Below, piece after piece: positions 35,792-49,674 of a stretch of DNA of 64,000 nt; position 1 is the stretch's first letter; every line of letters begins with the position of its first letter. The notes under the pieces were generated by a model, which saw only the letters and a program-made list of their open reading frames with translations, was not told the origin of the DNA and did not search any database. This DNA comes from an uncultured delta proteobacterium (lineage in GTDB: Bacteria > Myxococcota_A > UBA9160 > UBA4427), in the NCBI GenBank assembly GCA_963822965.1, contig CAWGJT010000005.1:1985837-2049836 (forward strand), read 5' to 3'. The position numbers and the translations under genes are program-made.

Positions 35792-35838
35792 GGTTCCCCG
35801 TGGAACACCAGCGGAACTCGCACGTTCCGCGTGGAACG
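35792..35838. promoter_or_regulatory. Two parS sites
   Basis: GGTTCCCCGTGGAACA (35792-35807) and CGTTCCGCGTGGAACG (35823-35838) versus GTTCCACGTGGAAC core; third copy CGTTCCACCCGGAACG at 35279-35294. Confidence 0.8.
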
Positions 35839-35860
35839 CCGGCGCGGCCGGCGGCGCCCG

Positions 35861-36832
35861 CTAGTCGCGGTCGCGCTCGCGGCCTTCGGCCTCGCGGCTG
35901 GCCTCGATGGCCTCCGCGTACTCGGGAGCGCCTTCCGGGACGATCACGACCTGGCGGTAGCGACCGGTTCCCACGCTCATGGTCGCCACGCCCTCGATGT
36001 CCCGGACGGCCATGTGGAGGGCCCGTCGGTCTCTGCCGTTCATGGGGTCGAGGGCCACGGACCGGCCGGTCTCCTTCGCGCGGCGAGCGGCTCGTCCCGC
36101 GGTGCGCTCCAGGAAGGACTCCCGCTGGTCGGCGTCTCCCTCGCAGTCCACCACGACCCGCTTGGGATCCTCGTCGGCGCGCATCGCGGCCTGGTTGGCG
36201 AGCAGCTGGATTGCGCCCACCGCGCGGTCGTCGGCGCCGAGTCGATCCGCTGCCGGCCCCTCGAGCTGGATCACCAGGAAGTCGTCCTCCTCGCTCTCGG
36301 CGAGAGAGAAGTTGCCGAGCCCCATCCGCTCGACGATTCCCAGCACGTACTCGCCGAGCGGCGTGAGGGCGCCCTCGGTGGTGCCCTTCGAGGGCACGGG
36401 GCCCTCGGAGGCGGGAGCCGCGGCGGCTACAGGTTCGGGCTCGGGAGCCGATTCGCGATCACGTTCGCGTTCCCGGCCTCGCCCCCCGCGGGACTCCTGG
36501 CGATCGCGACCTCCGCGCTCTCGATCCCGCCCGCCGCGCTCGCGGCCCCGGCCACCACGGTCGCGGCCGCCCCGTTCACGGCCCCCGCGGTCCCGGTCTC
36601 GATCCCGGTCGCGGTCGCGATCTCCGCCACCGCCGCCGCTCGGCGGGCGCCCCGCCAGGGACTTGGGGATGGCGACGATCACCTGCCGGCCGCCCAGCCC
36701 GAAGACGTCCTCGGGCTCGGCGATGCTCAGCTCCGACTCCTCGACGCCAAAGAAGCGAACGGCCTTGGCGACCGCGTCGGCTCGCGACTCGGCGATGAAT
36801 TCGTTGGGCTCTGTGGTTGCGTCGTACGACAT
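35861..36832 (-). CDS. jag: Jag/KhpB/EloR RNA-binding protein
   Basis: Jag_N-like start, R3H DPMNGRDRRALH, SVGTGRYRQVVI; after yidC. Confidence 0.88.
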   Translation of the reverse strand: MSYDATTEPNEFIAESRADAVAKAVRFFGVEESELSIAEPEDVFGLGGRQVIVAIPKSLAGRPPSGGGGGDRDRDRDRDRDRGGRERGGRDRGGRGRERGGRDRERGGRDRQESRGGRGRERERDRESAPEPEPVAAAAPASEGPVPSKGTTEGALTPLGEYVLGIVERMGLGNFSLAESEEDDFLVIQLEGPAADRLGADDRAVGAIQLLANQAAMRADEDPKRVVVDCEGDADQRESFLERTAGRAARRAKETGRSVALDPMNGRDRRALHMAVRDIEGVATMSVGTGRYRQVVIVPEGAPEYAEAIEASREAEGRERDRD

Positions 36833-36893
36833 GACTGTGGGGCTCCTGGAGGGTTTTCGAGGGATGGTGTGCGGCCCGGGCCGGGCAGCTGGC

Positions 36894-38648
36894 TCAGGCT
36901 GCGCTGCGGTTCATGCGCCGCCCGATCAGAAGCTGATGGGCGATCCCGAGGAAGTTGCTGATCATCCAGTAGAGGACCAGGCCGGAGGGAAACTGGTAGA
37001 AGAGCACCGTCATCATCACCGGCATCATGATCATCATCATGGTCTGCTGGCTGGGATCGACGGTGGTGGGCGTGAGCTTCTGCTGCATGACCATCGAGGC
37101 GCCCATGATGAGCGGCAGCAGGCGGAAGGGGAAATCGAGCCCGGGTACCATGAACAGCACCTCGGGAGCCGACAGGTCGTTGATCCACAGCAGGAAGGGA
37201 GCCTGGCGCAGGGCGAACGAGCTCTTCAGCGCGAAGAAGAGCCCGATGAAGACCGGAAACTGCAGGAGCATCGGCAGACAGCCGCCGAGTGGATTTACAC
37301 CCGTTTCCTTGTAGAGCGCCATGGTCGCCTCGGACTGCTTCTGGCGATCGTCGGAGAACTTGGCCTGGACCTCCTTCAGCCGGGGCTGCAGCGCTCGCAT
37401 CTTCTCCATCGAGCGCATCTGCCGGTTCATGATCGGCAGCGTCAGGACGCGAACCAGGATGGTGATGAAGATGATCGACCAGCCGTAGTTGGGGATGATC
37501 CGGTAGCAGGCGGAGAGCAGCCACTGGAAGAACAGCGTGAGCGGCTCGAACCAGGAATACCCGAGGTCTACCGACCGGTTCACCTCTCGCCCCACGCTGG
37601 CGAGGATCTCCGGCTCCTTCGGGCCGAGGAAGCCTGACACGCGCCGGCCCAACGATTGACCCGGTGCGATCTCGAGAGGCTCGAAGCGAAGCACCGTCGC
37701 CGCGGACTCGCGCTTCACGAGCGGCTCGAAGGACGCGCTCGTTCCCGCGATCGGATCGGGCAGCAGCAGCGACGTGAAGTACTTGAGGTCGACGCCCGTC
37801 CAGGAGACGTCGCGCCACACCTCCTGCTCGGTCTCCCCGCTCCCGAAAAGGCTCTTGAAGAACCCCGGCGAGCCCACGGACTTGACCGGCTGCTTCTCAC
37901 GGTCGCCGGCGTGGAGCGCGACGAGCGACTCCTCGGTGTAGTCGTTGCCGCTGCGAACGGTAGCCGGAAGCTCCACGGCGAAGTCCGGCGTCACCACGTG
38001 GCCCGAGTCGTTCCGAACCTCCATCCGCAGATCGAACTGGTAGCCCGACAGATCGAACTCGTAGATCTTGCGAATCTTCATGCCGCCGCGCTCGAGCAGG
38101 AAGACCACCCGGTCCGGGGCCTGCCTCTCCACCTGGTAGACCGCGTCGCTCAGGTCGCCCAGGCCGAGCTCCCGCAGCGGCACCGTGAGCGCTCGCGGGT
38201 GCGAGGGGTCGGGGTTCACGAGCTCGATGAGCTCGCCCTTCTTGCCCGCGCGGGTCAGCTGGTAGAAGTCGAGCAGGGTCCAGCGCGTGAGCGCCGCGCC
38301 GCGACTGGTGAGCCCGGCCTCGAAGTGCTCCCCGTGGATCGTGCCGTGCCAGATCTCGGACTCGGGAACCTCGGGCTCGGTCTGGGAAGGGGCAGTGGGT
38401 GTCGCGGCGCCGGAGCTCCGCTCCGGGGTCGCCTGGGAGTCGGCCGTCTCCCCCGCCCGGTCTTGACGCGACGCGTTGACGCGCGCGTCATCGACCGCGG
38501 CGCCCGGGCTCTCGCCTGCGGTCGCAAGCTGCTCGACTTGACGCGATGCATCGGGCGGCGGCTCGGGGCGATGCGACGTCTGGTACGCCAGCCAGGCGCT
38601 GTAGACGGCAATCGAGAGGGCGATGGCGAGCAGGGTATTGCGATCCAC
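36894..38648 (-). CDS. yidC: Membrane protein insertase YidC
   Basis: NYGWSII, NPLGGCLPMLLQFPVF, LWINDLS, FPSGLVLYW. Confidence 0.97.
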   Translation of the reverse strand: MDRNTLLAIALSIAVYSAWLAYQTSHRPEPPPDASRQVEQLATAGESPGAAVDDARVNASRQDRAGETADSQATPERSSGAATPTAPSQTEPEVPESEIWHGTIHGEHFEAGLTSRGAALTRWTLLDFYQLTRAGKKGELIELVNPDPSHPRALTVPLRELGLGDLSDAVYQVERQAPDRVVFLLERGGMKIRKIYEFDLSGYQFDLRMEVRNDSGHVVTPDFAVELPATVRSGNDYTEESLVALHAGDREKQPVKSVGSPGFFKSLFGSGETEQEVWRDVSWTGVDLKYFTSLLLPDPIAGTSASFEPLVKRESAATVLRFEPLEIAPGQSLGRRVSGFLGPKEPEILASVGREVNRSVDLGYSWFEPLTLFFQWLLSACYRIIPNYGWSIIFITILVRVLTLPIMNRQMRSMEKMRALQPRLKEVQAKFSDDRQKQSEATMALYKETGVNPLGGCLPMLLQFPVFIGLFFALKSSFALRQAPFLLWINDLSAPEVLFMVPGLDFPFRLLPLIMGASMVMQQKLTPTTVDPSQQTMMMIMMPVMMTVLFYQFPSGLVLYWMISNFLGIAHQLLIGRRMNRSAA

Positions 38649-38657
38649 GGCCTTGCC

Positions 38658-38930
38658 TCAGGGAACCGGGTCCAGTCCGCCCTCGTGGAACGGATGGCAC
38701 CGGGACAAGCGCCGTAGCGCGAGCCAGCCACCGCGCAGGACGCCGTGAGCCGCGACGGCCTCGATCGCGTACCGCGAGCAGCTCGGGTGGAAGCGGCAGT
38801 TCTGCCCCAGCAGGGGCGAGACGACTCGCTGGTAGGCGGCGAGCAGGGCGATGACCACGCGTGCTGCTCGGCCGGGGCGCTCGGCCCGCGCAAGCGTCCG
38901 CGATTCGACCTGGGGGCCGGGGTCAGCCAC
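38658..38930 (-). CDS. yidD: Membrane protein insertion efficiency factor
   Basis: [24 protein letters not shown]. Confidence 0.94.
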   Translation of the reverse strand: MADPGPQVESRTLARAERPGRAARVVIALLAAYQRVVSPLLGQNCRFHPSCSRYAIEAVAAHGVLRGGWLALRRLSRCHPFHEGGLDPVP

Positions 38931-39315
38931 CGGCCGGCCCCCGTCCGCGGGCCGCGGCCTTCTCGGCCAGCCCCGACAGCTCCGCGCGCAGCGAGCCGCA
39001 ATCGAGGCAGGCGGCTCCCGGGCGTGCGATCACCACGATGTCGACGTCTCCCTCGAACCTTGCGCGCGAGCGCCGGAACCACTCCCGGATGCTCCGCTTG
39101 ACGCGATTGCGAACGACCGCTCCGCCGACCTTCCGGCTCGCCGTGACCCCCAGACGCGGTGCGGGCCCCTCGCCTGCTCTACTCGCTCCGGAGCGCCACC
39201 CTGGCGCAACGAGCATCACGAAATCGCGCGACGATACGCGGATGCCTTGCCTGGACACGCGCTGGAAATCCCGCGAGAGCAGGACCCGGTCCGACCGCCG
39301 CAGGCGCTCGGACAC
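38923..39315 (-). CDS. rnpA: Ribonuclease P protein component
   Basis: [26 protein letters not shown]. Confidence 0.95.
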   Translation of the reverse strand: MSERLRRSDRVLLSRDFQRVSRQGIRVSSRDFVMLVAPGWRSGASRAGEGPAPRLGVTASRKVGGAVVRNRVKRSIREWFRRSRARFEGDVDIVVIARPGAACLDCGSLRAELSGLAEKAAARGRGPAGG

Positions 39316-39324
39316 CGCTCGCGG

Positions 39325-39474
39325 CTACTTGGAGCCCACGGAGACGGCGAGCCGCTTGCGGCCCTTCTGGCGCCTCCGTCGCAGGACATCGCGACCCCCG
39401 CGGGTCTTCATGCGGGATCGGAACCCGTGCTTTCGCAGTCTCTTGATCCGACTCGGCTGATAGGTGCGCTTCAT
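39325..39474 (-). CDS. rpmH: 50S ribosomal protein L34
   Basis: [34 protein letters not shown]. Confidence 0.97.
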   Translation of the reverse strand: MKRTYQPSRIKRLRKHGFRSRMKTRGGRDVLRRRRQKGRKRLAVSVGSK

Positions 39475-40259
39475 CCCGAGCCCTCCCTGATTGATCTCGT
39501 CCCGACCCGGTCCACCCGGACCCGCCGCCGCTCTCCCCGGTCGAGCGGTCGGCAGCCCTCGGCTCGTCCCACGATCCCGTGCGACGAGTACCGCGTCGCC
39601 CCCGACTGCCCGCACGGGCGGCCGAGGCTAGAACGGTATGGCTGGCGGAACTGCTCCCGGAAGCGATGCCGGAAACCGATGATCCCCGACCCAGAACGGG
39701 TCGGAGCGGTTCGCAAGTATCCGTTTCCGGACCCCGATGTCAACGGCCCGGGACCCGCCGCCCCAGCCCATCGGGAAGCTCTCTACGGCTCCGGGCAGCT
39801 CCGCCGCGCCCCCTCGGCGCTTTCCCCATGACTCCCCTTCGCGCGCAACCCGGTGCGCCCCCGGTTCGTCTGCCGCCGCCCACCCCCACACCCACAACGA
39901 CGGTTCACGACGCGCGACGTTCACACCCCGTTCGCGACACGAGCCGTGAAACACCGGTGCGCGGGCGGCGGCACGCCTCGCGATTCCCTTCGCGCACGCC
40001 CCGTCTTCCCCGCTCTTGCGTGGTAGACTGCCGACAAGAACCCGCTCGATTCCCGCCCTCAACCCCCCGAACGGGACCCGAACGACCAGGAGGATCGGCT
40101 GGCGTTGTCCGACTCCCGAGCTTCGCAACCAGTCCGCGTGCTCCACGACAAGCGAGAAACCCCTGCAGCTCCCGCCCCTCAGCACGCTTTTGTCGCTTCG
40201 TTGCCCGCGACTACTGCTGCTTTCTCTTAATTCATTACTAATACAGTAGGAACAAGAGC
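39475..40259. other. Putative oriC region (rpmH-dnaN intergenic, no dnaA)
   Basis: Gene-strand switch; parABS nearby; trio-like CTACTGCTGCT plus AT-rich tract (40211-40245) just before dnaN. Confidence 0.55.
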
Positions 40260-41399
40260 ATGAAGCTCTCCATCACAAAAGCCGAACTCACCCGCGGTCT
40301 CGCCCGCATCCAGGCGATCGTCGAGAAGCGCAACTCGATGCCCATCCTGGCCAACGTCCTGCTCGAGGCAAAGGCCGCGGGCAAGAAGGGCAAGGACGAG
40401 GGCGGCACGCTCGAGCTCGCCGCGACCGACCTCGAGGTGGGAATTCGCGGTCTGCACCCCGCCGACGTGGCGACCCCGGGTGCACTCACCATCTCGGCCA
40501 AGAAGCTCTTCGAGATCACGCGCGAGCTCCAAGACGAGCTGGTGCACCTGGAGTCCACACCCAACGCGTATCTCACGATTCGCTGCGCGCGAGCCGAGTT
40601 CACCCTCGCCGGCACCGGCGCGGAGGAGTATCCGACCCTTCCGGCCTTCACGCCCGAGAAGGTCGTTCCCGTGCAGGTGGGCATCCTCGGTCAGATGATC
40701 GAGCGAACGATGTACGCCGCGTCGGTGGACGAGACCCGGTACAACCTGAACGGGGTGTATCTCGAGGTCCTGGCCGACAGCGGGAAGCTCCGCATGGTGG
40801 CGACCGACGGGCACCGCCTCGCCTGCGTCGATCGGTCGCTGGGTGACGAAGCGTCGGCGCTCGCGAGCGGCGTGATCATTCCGCGCAAGGGGCTGGCCGA
40901 GCTCAAGCGACTCGTGGACGAGGACGACGACGACGAGATCGAGCTGGCGTTCGAGGGCAACAACGGCCTGGCTCGCCGGGGCAACGTCACCCTGGTGATG
41001 CGGCTCATCGAGGGCGAGTTCCCCAATTACCGCCAGGTGATTCCGAAGAAGCTGGACCGACAGCTGGTGCTGAGCGCCGATCCGCTGCTGCACGCGCTGC
41101 GGCGCGTCTCGCTGCTCTCCTCGGAGCGAAGTCGCGCCGTGACGCTCGAGCTGTCGGATGGAAAGCTCGTCATCACGTCCAGCAATCCCGACCTCGGAGA
41201 CGCGCGCGAAGAGCTCGACGTGGACTACGCGGGCGAGCCGCTCTCCATCGGCTTCAACTCGAAGTACCTGATGGACGCCCTCGCGGTCTCCGGTGCGAAG
41301 GAAGTGCGCTTCGGACTCCAGGACGACCTGTCACCCGCGCAGCTGGTTCCCACCGACGACGACGACACCCTCGCCGTGGTCATGCCCATGCGCATCTAG
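40260..41399 (+). CDS. dnaN: DNA polymerase III beta clamp
   Basis: PILANVLL, ATDLE, VATDGHRL, RLIEGEFPNY, VVMPMR. Confidence 0.98.
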   Translation: MKLSITKAELTRGLARIQAIVEKRNSMPILANVLLEAKAAGKKGKDEGGTLELAATDLEVGIRGLHPADVATPGALTISAKKLFEITRELQDELVHLESTPNAYLTIRCARAEFTLAGTGAEEYPTLPAFTPEKVVPVQVGILGQMIERTMYAASVDETRYNLNGVYLEVLADSGKLRMVATDGHRLACVDRSLGDEASALASGVIIPRKGLAELKRLVDEDDDDEIELAFEGNNGLARRGNVTLVMRLIEGEFPNYRQVIPKKLDRQLVLSADPLLHALRRVSLLSSERSRAVTLELSDGKLVITSSNPDLGDAREELDVDYAGEPLSIGFNSKYLMDALAVSGAKEVRFGLQDDLSPAQLVPTDDDDTLAVVMPMRI

Positions 41400-41755
41400 C
41401 CGCGAATGCGTCATTGCGTGTGCTCGCCCTGGCGGCGGGCTCGGATCGCGGCATGGACCGAGCAAGACGCAGGGATTTGCCAGGCATCAGGAGTTGCGCC
41501 CGGATCCGCATGACGTGATCAGGGCTGGCAGGGTCGTTTCGTAGTGCCTCGGAAGGGAGTCTCGGACGCCTGCGAGACGGCCGTTCAGGCACTCGCCCGC
41601 GGGGAAAACAGCCGTTGGATGGCCGCCGCCAGAGCCGCGAACCGGCTGCGCGGCCGGCCGCCCAGCCCGCGCAAATTTTGAGTCTTTCCCCGCACTTACA
41701 CATCCAGTAATCTCCCGCCTGCCCCATGGGATTGGGAGTCGACCGGCCCCCCTGA

Positions 41756-44341
<2,586 letters not shown>

Positions 44342-44374
44342 CGTCCGCGAACCCCCCGAGAGCCCGACCCGATC

Positions 44375-47028
44375 ATGTCCGACGAACCCTACGATCCCGA
44401 ACTCGACGCCGACGCCGACGCAGGTGGCCCGGACGGCCCCGACGACGGCGGCCCGAGCAGCCCGGCGCCGCCGCCCGAAGGCGGTCTCGAGCCCATCGCG
44501 ATCGAGGACGAGGTCCGCAGCTCGTTCCTCGCCTACGCGATGTCGGTCATCATCAGCCGCGCGCTGCCGGACGTGCGCGACGGCCTCAAGCCCGTCCACC
44601 GACGCATCCTCTACGCGATGAACCAGGAGGGCCTGCTCTCCAACCGCCCCTACTCGAAGTCGGCCGGCGTCGTGGGCGAGGTGCTGAAGCACTACCACCC
44701 GCACGGGGACAGCGCCGTCTACGACGCCATGGTGCGCATGGCCCAGGACTTCTCGCTCCGCTATCCGCTCGTCGACGGTCAGGGCAACTTCGGCTCGGTC
44801 GACGGCGACCAGGCGGCCGCCTACCGCTACACCGAGGCGCGTCTGCACCCGCTCGCCGAGGAGATGCTGCAGGACATCGACCGCGAGACGGTCGAGTTCG
44901 CCCCCAACTTCGACGGGCAGATGCAGGAGCCGGTGGTGCTCCCCACCCGCTTCCCCAACCTGCTGGCCAACGGCTCGTCGGGCATCGCCGTGGGGATGGC
45001 GACGAACATTCCGCCCCACAACCTGCGCGAGCTGACCGCCGCCATCGTGCACGTGGCGCGAAACCCCGACTGCACGGTGGACGACCTGCTCGAGCGCATG
45101 CCCGGGCCGGACTTCCCGACCGGCGCCATGCTCTGCGGCAGCGAGGGCATCCGAAGCTACTACGCGCACCGGACGCGGCCACCTCACCCTGCGCGCCAAG
45201 GCGGCCTTCGAGGAGACGAAGCGCGGCATGCGCATCGTGGTGGACGCCATCCCCTACCAGGTGAACAAGTCGATGCTGCTCGAGCGCATCGCCGAGCTGG
45301 TGCGCGACGGCAGGATCGAGGGCATCACCGACCTGCGCGACGAATCGAACCGCGAGGGCATGCGCGTCGTGATCGAGCTCCGGCGGGACGCGCCCGAGGA
45401 AATCATCCTCAACCAGCTCTACAAGATGACGCCCCTGCAGTCGACCTTCGGCGTCAATCTGCTGGCGCTGGTGAACGGACGCCCCCAGACCCTCGGGATG
45501 AAGGAAGCGATCTCGCACTTCATCGAGTTCCGCAAAGAGGTGGTGATCCGGCGCGCCATCTACGACCTCGCCCAGGCCGAGGCGCGCGCCCACATCCTCG
45601 AGGGCTTCGTGATCGCTCTCGACAACCTCGACGAGGTGATCCGGCTGATCCGGGCCTCGGACACCACCGCCGAGGCGCGCACCGCCCTGATGGAGCGCTT
45701 CGCGCTCTCGGAGCGCCAGGCCCAGGCCATCCTGGACATGCGGCTCCGCGCGCTCACCGCCATGGAGCGGCAGCGCGTGATCGACGAGCTCGAGGAGCTG
45801 CGCGCGAAGATCGCCGACCTGCGCGACCTGCTCGCCAGCGACAGCCGCATCCTCGACGTGGTGGTCGAGGAGGTGGAGGACGTGGCGGCGCGCTTCGGCG
45901 ACGAGCGCCGCACCGAGCTGACCGACGCCGTCGAGGGCATCTCCACCGAAGATCTGATCGCCGAGGAGGACATGGTCGTCACCCTGTCCCACCTCGGTTA
46001 CATCAAGCGCAACCCGATCACCCTCTACCGGCAGCAGCGGCGCGGCGGCAAGGGCGCGCGCGGAATGGAGACGCGCGAAGAGGATTTCGTCGAGCACCTC
46101 GGCGTGGCCTCCACGCACGCGTACCTGCTCTTCTTCACGAATCGCGGTCGGGTCTACTGGCTGAAGGTGCACGAGCTGCCGCAGCTCGGCCGGGCGGCCC
46201 GGGGCAAGGCGATCGTCAACGTGCTGAGCCTGCAGGAAGGCGAGCGGGTGCAGACGATGCTGCCCGTTCGCAGCTTCGAGGGCATCGAGGACGAGTCGAT
46301 CCTGCTGGCCACGCGCAAGGGGGTGGTGAAGAAGACGCCGCTCTCCGCGTACTCGAACCCGCGCCGCTCCGGGATCATCGCCATCAACCTCGGCGAGGGC
46401 GACGAGCTGATCGGCGCGGGCCGCTGCACGACCAACAACCAGGTGATCCTGGCCAGCAAGCGCGGCAAGTCGATCCGCTTCGACGAGGGTCAGGTGCGCG
46501 CCATGGGCAGGACGGCCACCGGCGTGCGCGGCATCGCGGTGGCGGGCGACGACGAAGTCGTGGGCATGGAGATCCTGACGCCGGGAGCCGCCATCCTCAC
46601 CGTCACCGAGCGCGGCTACGGGAAGCGCACGCCCCTGGACGAGTACCGGCTCCAGAACCGCGGCGGCTCCGGGCATCATCACCATCAAGACCACCGCGCG
46701 GAACGGGCCGGTGGTGGGCGTCGCCCAGGTGGTGGACGAGGACCAGCTCATGCTCATCACCAACGGGGGCAAGGTGCTGCGCTGCGCGGCCAACGGCATC
46801 TCGGTGATGGGACGGAACACCCAGGGCGTTCGCATCATGGACCTGGCCGAGGACGAGACCATCGTGTCCATCGCGCGTCTCGCCGAGGGCGACGTGGCGC
46901 GGCCCGCGGTGGAGGGTGCGTCGCCCGAGCGCGACGAAGCGATCGAGTCGGCCGCGGACGACGACGAGCCGGACGACGAGCCGGAAGAGACGGACGAGTC
47001 CGAGGCGCCCGACGAGGACGGCGAGTAG
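44375..47028 (+). CDS. gyrA: DNA gyrase subunit A, two apparent +1 frameshifts (~45165, ~46672)
   Basis: [29 protein letters not shown], GyrA-box QRRGGKG; removing 2 nt gives 884 contiguous codons. Confidence 0.93.
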
Positions 47029-47032
47029 GCGC

Positions 47033-48331
47033 ATGGGACTCACGGAGTCGCGACGGCTGTTTCGGGCCGCCCGCAAGCGCATTCCGGGCGGGGTCAACAG
47101 CCCCGTACGGGCCTACGGGTCGGTGGACGGCGTGCCGCCGTTCATCGACCACGCGAAGGGCGCCCGCATCTGGGACGTCGACGGCAACGAGTACATCGAC
47201 TACGTGGGCTCCTGGGGACCGATGATCCTGGGTCACGCGCATCCTGCGGTGCTGAAGGCCGTGCGCGCCGCGATGGCCCGGGGCACGAGCTTCGGCGCGC
47301 CCACCGAGCACGAAACGCACCTCGCCGAGGCGATCGCCCGGGCGCTGCCCTCGGTCGAGCAGGTGCGCATGGTGTCGTCGGGCACCGAGGCCACCATGAG
47401 CGCCATCCGGCTGGCGCGCGGTGTCACCGGACGCGACCGCATGCTGAAGTTCGACGGCTGCTACCACGGCCACTCGGACGGGCTGCTCGTCGGAGCCGGC
47501 AGCGGCGTGGCGACCCTCGGCATCCCGGGATCGCCGGGCGTGCCGAAGGCGATGACCGAGCTCACCGTGCAGGCGCCCTTCAACGACCTCGCGGGCGTTC
47601 GGCAGGCCTTCGAGCGCTGGGGCCGAGGACATCGCGTGCGTGATCGTCGAGCCGGTGGCGGGCAACATGGGCTGCATTCCGCCGGTGGCGGGCTTTCTGG
47701 AGGGGCTGCGTTCGGCTGTGCGACGAGCACGGCGCGCTGCTCGTCTTCGACGAGGTGATGACGGGCTTCCGGGTGGCCCGCGGCGGCGCCCAACGGCTCT
47801 ATCGGCGTGACCCCGGACCTCACCTGCCTGGGCAAGGTGGTGGGCGGGGGGCTGCCGGCCGCCGCCTATGGCGGGCGCCGCGACCTGATGGCCCGCATCG
47901 CGCCCGAAGGCGACGTCTACCAGGCGGGCACGCTCTCGGGAAATCCGCTGGCCGTGGCAGCCGGCCTCGAGACGCTGCGCCGGCTCGAGGCGCCGGGCGT
48001 GTACGAGACGCTCGCCGCCCGCAGCGAGCAGCTCGCCGGAGGCCTCGTCGAGATCGCCAAGTCCGCGGGCGTGCCGTTCACGGCCACGGCGGTGGGGGGC
48101 ATGTTCGGCTTCTTCTTCCACCCGGGCCCGGTCACCTGCTACGCGGACGCCCAGCAGTCCCACGACGGTCGCTTCCGGAAGTTCTTCGCCTCGATGCTCG
48201 ATCTGGGGGTCTACCTGGCGCCCTCGCGCTTCGAGGCGGGCTTCGTGTCCCTGGCGCACCGGCCGGCGGACATCGCCCGCACCCTGGAAGCCGCCGAGAA
48301 GGCCATGCGGCGGGCGGCGAGCGTCGACTGA
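47033..48331 (+). CDS. hemL: Glutamate-1-semialdehyde aminotransferase, three apparent +1 frameshifts (~47623, ~47711, ~47803)
   Basis: [53 protein letters not shown] across three frames. Confidence 0.92.
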
Positions 48332-48348
48332 CGCGGGCCCCCGGCTCG

Positions 48349-49674
48349 TCAGGCCGCGGCCGCGTACAGATGCCACTGCCCGGGGATGCCCTTCAGCTCG
48401 TGGGCGCCCCGGTCGTCGAAGCTCAGCTCCGAGCCCGCCACCAGGTCTTTGACGGTGCTCGAGACCAGCACCTCGTTCGGACCCGCTTCGGCGCAGACGC
48501 GCGCGCCCAGGTGGACCGCGAAGCCCGTCACCTTGTCGCCCAGCAGCTCACACTCGCCCGTGTGGAGCCCCGCGCGAATGGCGATGCCCAGGGAGGCGAC
48601 CGCGTCGCGGATCGCGCACGCGCAGCGGATGGCCCGGGCGGGGCCGTCGAAGGTGGCGAAGAGGCCGTCGCCCGTAGTGTCGACCTCGCACCCACGGTGC
48701 CGCTGCAGCTCCCGGCGCGTCATGGCGTAGAACCGGCCCAGCAGCTCGCGGTAGCTGCGATCGCCCTGCTCGGCGAGCTGCGCCGTCGAGCCGACGATGT
48801 CGGTAAAGAGCACCGTGGAGAGGACGCGGTCGGGCTCGGCGGCCTGGCGTCCCCCGGTGACGAAGTGCTCCACCTCGTCGAGGATCGAGTCCGTGTCCCC
48901 CACCCAGGGGAAGTGGTCGCGGCCGGGGACCTCCACCAGCTTCGCGCCGGGGATGTGCTCGGCCAGGTAGCGGGCGCCCCCGATGGGGATCGCCGTCTCG
49001 CCGACGCGATGGATCACGAGGGTGGCGACCTGGACGGAAGGCAGCACGTCCCGCACGTCGGTGTCCCTCGCCATCGCGACGAGCTTCCGCATGGAGCCGG
49101 GGCTCACCGCACGCCGCTCGAAGCGACCCCAGCTCTGGACGAAGGCGTCGTCGTCGGCGCGGGACGGCGCGAAGAACCGGGCCGAGATGCCCTGGCCCCA
49201 CTGCGCCTCGAGGGTCCGCAGGAAGTCATCCCACTGTTCGGGGCGAAGAGCCCACGGATAGTCGTCGCTGAACTGGTTCGTCGCGAACGTGTTGCACAGG
49301 ATGAGGCCCGCGGTGCGGGCCGGGTGGGTCGCCGCGAAGAGCGTGCACATGGGGCCACTCTCGGAGATGCCGAACAGGAAGGCCCGCCGGGAGCCCACCG
49401 CGTCGAGAACCGCCCGCAGGTCGTCCATGCGCTCATCGAGGGTGGGCAGGCGATCGACCGGGTCGGACAGGCCGGTTCCCCGCCGGTCCAGCAGGATGAG
49501 CCGCGAGAAGCGCGACATCCGCTCGAGGAACGGCGCGAAGCTGGGCTCCTCCCAGGCGTACTCGATGTGCGACACCCAGCCCGGGACGAAGACGAGATCC
49601 ACCTCGCCGCGCCCCGTCACCTGATAGGCGATGTTCACCCCGCTGTCGCGCGCATAGTGGGTTTCGGGACTCAT
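48349..49674 (-). CDS. Alpha/beta-hydrolase plus class III adenylate/guanylate cyclase (LipJ-like)
   Basis: [43 protein letters not shown]. Confidence 0.9.
   Translation of the reverse strand: MSPETHYARDSGVNIAYQVTGRGEVDLVFVPGWVSHIEYAWEEPSFAPFLERMSRFSRLILLDRRGTGLSDPVDRLPTLDERMDDLRAVLDAVGSRRAFLFGISESGPMCTLFAATHPARTAGLILCNTFATNQFSDDYPWALRPEQWDDFLRTLEAQWGQGISARFFAPSRADDDAFVQSWGRFERRAVSPGSMRKLVAMARDTDVRDVLPSVQVATLVIHRVGETAIPIGGARYLAEHIPGAKLVEVPGRDHFPWVGDTDSILDEVEHFVTGGRQAAEPDRVLSTVLFTDIVGSTAQLAEQGDRSYRELLGRFYAMTRRELQRHRGCEVDTTGDGLFATFDGPARAIRCACAIRDAVASLGIAIRAGLHTGECELLGDKVTGFAVHLGARVCAEAGPNEVLVSSTVKDLVAGSELSFDDRGAHELKGIPGQWHLYAAAA

Noticed and set aside
39579..40241. 220-aa ORF as a dnaA remnant or replacement initiator
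   Set aside because: Pro/Arg-rich with no Walker A or domain IV motif; looks like a GC-rich spurious ORF
44375..48331. Programmed frameshifting or true pseudogenes in gyrA/hemL
   Set aside because: No slippery heptamers; clustered single-base insertions fit sequencing error better
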